Assembly (NCBI RefSeq): GCF_000039765.1
Contig: NC_004460.2
Location: 870,001-902,000 of the forward strand
Length of the DNA stretch: 32,000 bases
Direction of reading: 5' to 3'
Source of the DNA: Vibrio vulnificus CMCP6
GTDB lineage: Bacteria > Pseudomonadota > Gammaproteobacteria > Enterobacterales > Vibrionaceae
Made by a program: the position numbers and the translations under genes. The notes under the pieces are model-generated. The model was not told the DNA's origin and ran no database searches. It saw nothing but the letters and a program-made list of their open reading frames with translations. How positions within the stretch are numbered: the stretch's first letter is position 1; each line of letters begins with the position of its first letter. Below, piece after piece: positions 29,638 through 32,000 of the stretch.

Positions 29638-30708
29638 ATGCCTACGCTCAGCAAATTGATTCACTCCACTCCTTGTGGAACACTCCCTTCTGTGGAAGAG
29701 ATCATTCAACACGCCTCACTGGACGAAGAGAGCGAAGCGTTTATCCGACAACGTCGCCAAGACATCACTCGAATTCTGAATGGCCAAGACCCTCGATTAC
29801 TGGTGATCATCGGCCCATGTTCAATTCACGACCCGCAAGCAGGCCTAGAATATGCGCAGAAACTGGCCAACATTCAGCATCAGCATGAAAAGCAACTTCT
29901 GATTGTGATGCGAACTTACTTTGAAAAACCGCGCACACGCGCAGGATGGAAAGGGCTGATCGTCGATCCCGATCTCGATAACAGCCACGACATTAATAAA
30001 GGTCTGCGGCTTGCTCGACAATTCTTACAGCAAGTCATCAAGCTTGGCCTTGCGACGGCAACCGAGTATTTAGACACCACGACTTACCCCTATATTTCTG
30101 ACCTCATTTGCTGGGGTGCCATTGGCGCGAGGACAACTGAATCTCAAATTCACCGTCAAATGGCCTCGGCGCTTCCCTGTCCTATTGGTTTCAAAAACGG
30201 GACCGACGGCAATGTTGATATTGCTATCGACGCGATACACGCGGCAAACTCACCCCATCTCATCTGTGTGCCAGGATTTGGGGCACGTACTCTCACAGCC
30301 ATCAGTCATGGTAACCCCAATGGCCATATCATTTTGCGAGGTGGCAAAACGCCAAACTACACCACCGAGCATGTTTGCCAAATCAGCCAACAACTGGAAG
30401 CCAACGATCTTAACCCGCGCCTGATCATTGATTGCAGCCATGGCAATAGCCTGAAAGTGGCAAAGAACCAACTCGATGTGGCGAGAAACATCGCCTGTCA
30501 GTTGATCGAAGGAGAAAAATGCATTGCAGGCGTGATGGCGGAGAGCTTCTTGGTAGCAGGCGCGCAAAAGATCACCGATCGTCCGTTGGTCAAAGGCATG
30601 TCGATTACTGATGAATGTTTGGGGTGGGAAGAGACGGAAAGTATTCTCAATATTTTTGCGGAAGCGGTGAATGTCGTGATGACGGAGCGCTTTTCCACCG
30701 TTGCCTAA
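29638..30708 (+). CDS. Class I 3-deoxy-7-phosphoheptulonate (DAHP) synthase, siderophore-locus paralog
   Basis: 356 aa; LVIIGPCSIHDPQAGLEYA, MRTYFEKPRTRAGWKGLIVDPDLDNS, WGAIGARTTESQ, IIDCSHGNSLK. Confidence 0.93.
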   Translation: MPTLSKLIHSTPCGTLPSVEEIIQHASLDEESEAFIRQRRQDITRILNGQDPRLLVIIGPCSIHDPQAGLEYAQKLANIQHQHEKQLLIVMRTYFEKPRTRAGWKGLIVDPDLDNSHDINKGLRLARQFLQQVIKLGLATATEYLDTTTYPYISDLICWGAIGARTTESQIHRQMASALPCPIGFKNGTDGNVDIAIDAIHAANSPHLICVPGFGARTLTAISHGNPNGHIILRGGKTPNYTTEHVCQISQQLEANDLNPRLIIDCSHGNSLKVAKNQLDVARNIACQLIEGEKCIAGVMAESFLVAGAQKITDRPLVKGMSITDECLGWEETESILNIFAEAVNVVMTERFSTVA

Positions 30709-30717
30709 ATCACCAGT

Positions 30718-30878
30718 GGGACTAGGGACTAGGGACTAGGGACTAGGGACTAGGGACTAGGGACTAGCAAACTAGAAAACTAGAAAACTAGAAAACTAGA
30801 AAACTAGCAACCTAGCAACCTAGCAACCTAGCAACCTAGCAACCTAGCAACCTAGCAACCTAGCAACCTAGCAACCTA
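30718..30878. repeat. Compound short tandem repeat with CTAG core
   Basis: 7x GGGACTA (30718-30766), 1x GCAAACTA, 4x GAAAACTA (30775-30806), 9x GCAACCTA (30807-30878). Confidence 0.97.
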
Positions 30879-30891
30879 GCAAGCATATCAA

Positions 30892-30922
30892 AGGAATGGT
30901 TACCATCCACCATTCCTCTTCT
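30892..30922. terminator. Hairpin terminator between convergent genes
   Basis: aggaatggt / accattcct, 9-bp stem, 8-nt loop, followed by cttcttttg. Confidence 0.65.
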
Positions 30923-30939
30923 TTTGCTTCAGCAAGTTA

Positions 30940-31728
30940 TTAATTATCCAATGTCGCACCACCGTCAACTCTGAGATCGTGCAAGGTAATGTGCCCTGCG
31001 TGCTCGGAAAGTAAAAACAGTACCGACCGTGCGATGTCTTGTGGCTCAGCCATTTTTCTTAACGGAATCCCCAAACGAAATTGCTCTAAATTCCCTGCAA
31101 TGACTTGAGGTTCACCGTATTCTTCCGACCACAATTGCATCTGCATGTCTGTGCGTGTTGAACCGGGGCTGACAATATTGCAGCGTACTCCATATTCCGC
31201 CAACTCCATTCCCATCGATTTAACCAGCATGTGCAACGCCGCCTTAGATGCCCCATAAGCCCCCATATTTGGACGAGGTGTATTGGCCGCATTAGAACCG
31301 ACAATCACCATACTGCCTGAGCGTCGTGCTTTCATTCCTTCTGCCAAGGCCTGCATCACCGCCAAGGTACCAAACGTGTTCACATTGAAAGTGTGCTCAA
31401 TTTGCGCCAGAGGCATGCTCGTAATGGAGCCAAGATGCAATACGCCGGCACAACATACGAGGTGATCAAACTGGCCATGTTGTTCAATCATTTGCGCCAC
31501 ACGACGAGCAACAGACTCCGGCTGAGAAAGATCCAAGTGATAGCAAAATAACTGCTCGCGATAGCGGTTCTTCAATGCGTCACTGTCTGTCTTGAGTCGC
31601 ACTTCATCGATGTCCGTGGCGACCACTCGAGCCCCCGCTTCAAGTAGATGCTGCATCACACTGAAACCAATACCTTTCGCCGCACCAGTCAGAAAAACAG
31701 TTTGTTTTTCAAGAAATTGGTTAAACAT
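30940..31728 (-). CDS. vibA: 2,3-dihydro-2,3-dihydroxybenzoate dehydrogenase (EntA/VibA/DhbA-like SDR)
   Basis: 262 aa; TGAAKGIGFSVMQHLLEAGARVVATDID, LVCCAGVLHLG, YGASKAALHMLVKSMGMELAEYGVRCNIVSPGSTRTDM; located in the siderophore locus. Confidence 0.88.
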   Translation of the reverse strand: MFNQFLEKQTVFLTGAAKGIGFSVMQHLLEAGARVVATDIDEVRLKTDSDALKNRYREQLFCYHLDLSQPESVARRVAQMIEQHGQFDHLVCCAGVLHLGSITSMPLAQIEHTFNVNTFGTLAVMQALAEGMKARRSGSMVIVGSNAANTPRPNMGAYGASKAALHMLVKSMGMELAEYGVRCNIVSPGSTRTDMQMQLWSEEYGEPQVIAGNLEQFRLGIPLRKMAEPQDIARSVLFLLSEHAGHITLHDLRVDGGATLDN

Positions 31729-31833
31729 AAAAACGTTATCTCTTTAATCTGTGTTCACTTATCCCGTCATGGATATCTGCACCCATGCTATAAATTCGTG
31801 ATTTAATGCACAAAAACAAACTTAGATATTAAT

Positions 31834-31852
31834 GATAATTATTATCGTTAGC
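31834..31852. promoter_or_regulatory. Predicted Fur box upstream of the vibA-like gene
   Basis: GATAATTATTATCGTTAGC, 15/19 by eye to the Fur consensus; 106 bp upstream of the gene start. Confidence 0.65.
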
Positions 31853-31933
31853 ATTTAAATCGTGATAACTGTAATCTTACTCCACTGAATAAGCAACCTA
31901 TACCCAACCGATGACATTGCAGGCCAGACAAAC

Positions 31934-32000
31934 ATGCCGACTCACAAACATAACGAGTCTATGGCATTGAGATCAGTCCGTCGCCACCACCGCAAAGTTG
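31934..32000 (+). CDS. Possible partial CDS running off the right edge
   Basis: Open frame MPTHKHNESMALRSVRRHHRKV to the window edge, divergent from vibA-like gene across a Fur box; no clear RBS. Confidence 0.25.
   Translation, partial: MPTHKHNESMALRSVRRHHRKV

Noticed and set aside
30718-30878. CRISPR array interpretation of the repeats
   Set aside because: Contiguous 7-8 nt units without spacers and no cas genes in the window; this is a microsatellite-type array.
30709-30890. Telomere-like or protein-coding interpretation of the GGGACTA tract
   Set aside because: No linear-replicon context, and CTAG/TAG content produces frequent stops in several frames; no RBS.
31899-31924. Further copy of the atatacccaag repeat
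   Set aside because: Only 'tatacccaa' and a loose 'attgcagg' match; too degenerate to claim by eye.

Overview
This 32 kb window looks like Vibrionaceae chromosome, and the siderophore locus most resembles Vibrio vulnificus (this assignment is inference). The left two thirds holds ordinary accessory and metabolic genes: MscS-like channel, DM13-domain protein, NlpE-like lipoprotein, a complete artPIQM-type amino-acid ABC transporter operon, FMN-binding protein, large multidomain GH19-type chitinase, MASE-like/EAL phosphodiesterase, SGNH/CE2-like esterase, an MCP flanked by two orphan family-3 solute-binding proteins, a TAT-exported PhoX-like protein and YggL. The right third (about 21.0-31.9 kb) is most of a catechol/oxazoline siderophore biosynthesis locus of vibriobactin/vulnibactin type: EntD-like PPTase, two NRPS subunits that together look like a split VibF (Cy-Cy-A-[degenerate carrier] plus C-PCP-C), a locus-dedicated class I DAHP synthase, an EntA/VibA-like dehydrogenase, and three good Fur-box candidates. 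I found no clear previously undescribed system. The observations most worth a second look are a compound CTAG-core tandem array (7x GGGACTA followed by 14 octamers) between the convergent DAHP synthase and dehydrogenase genes, the split NRPS with apparently vestigial domains, a MITE-like inverted-repeat element in the 5' region of the esterase gene, an unassigned ~220-aa region inside the chitinase, and the MCP/solute-binding-protein cluster. No tRNA, rRNA, transposase, phage gene or CRISPR array was seen.
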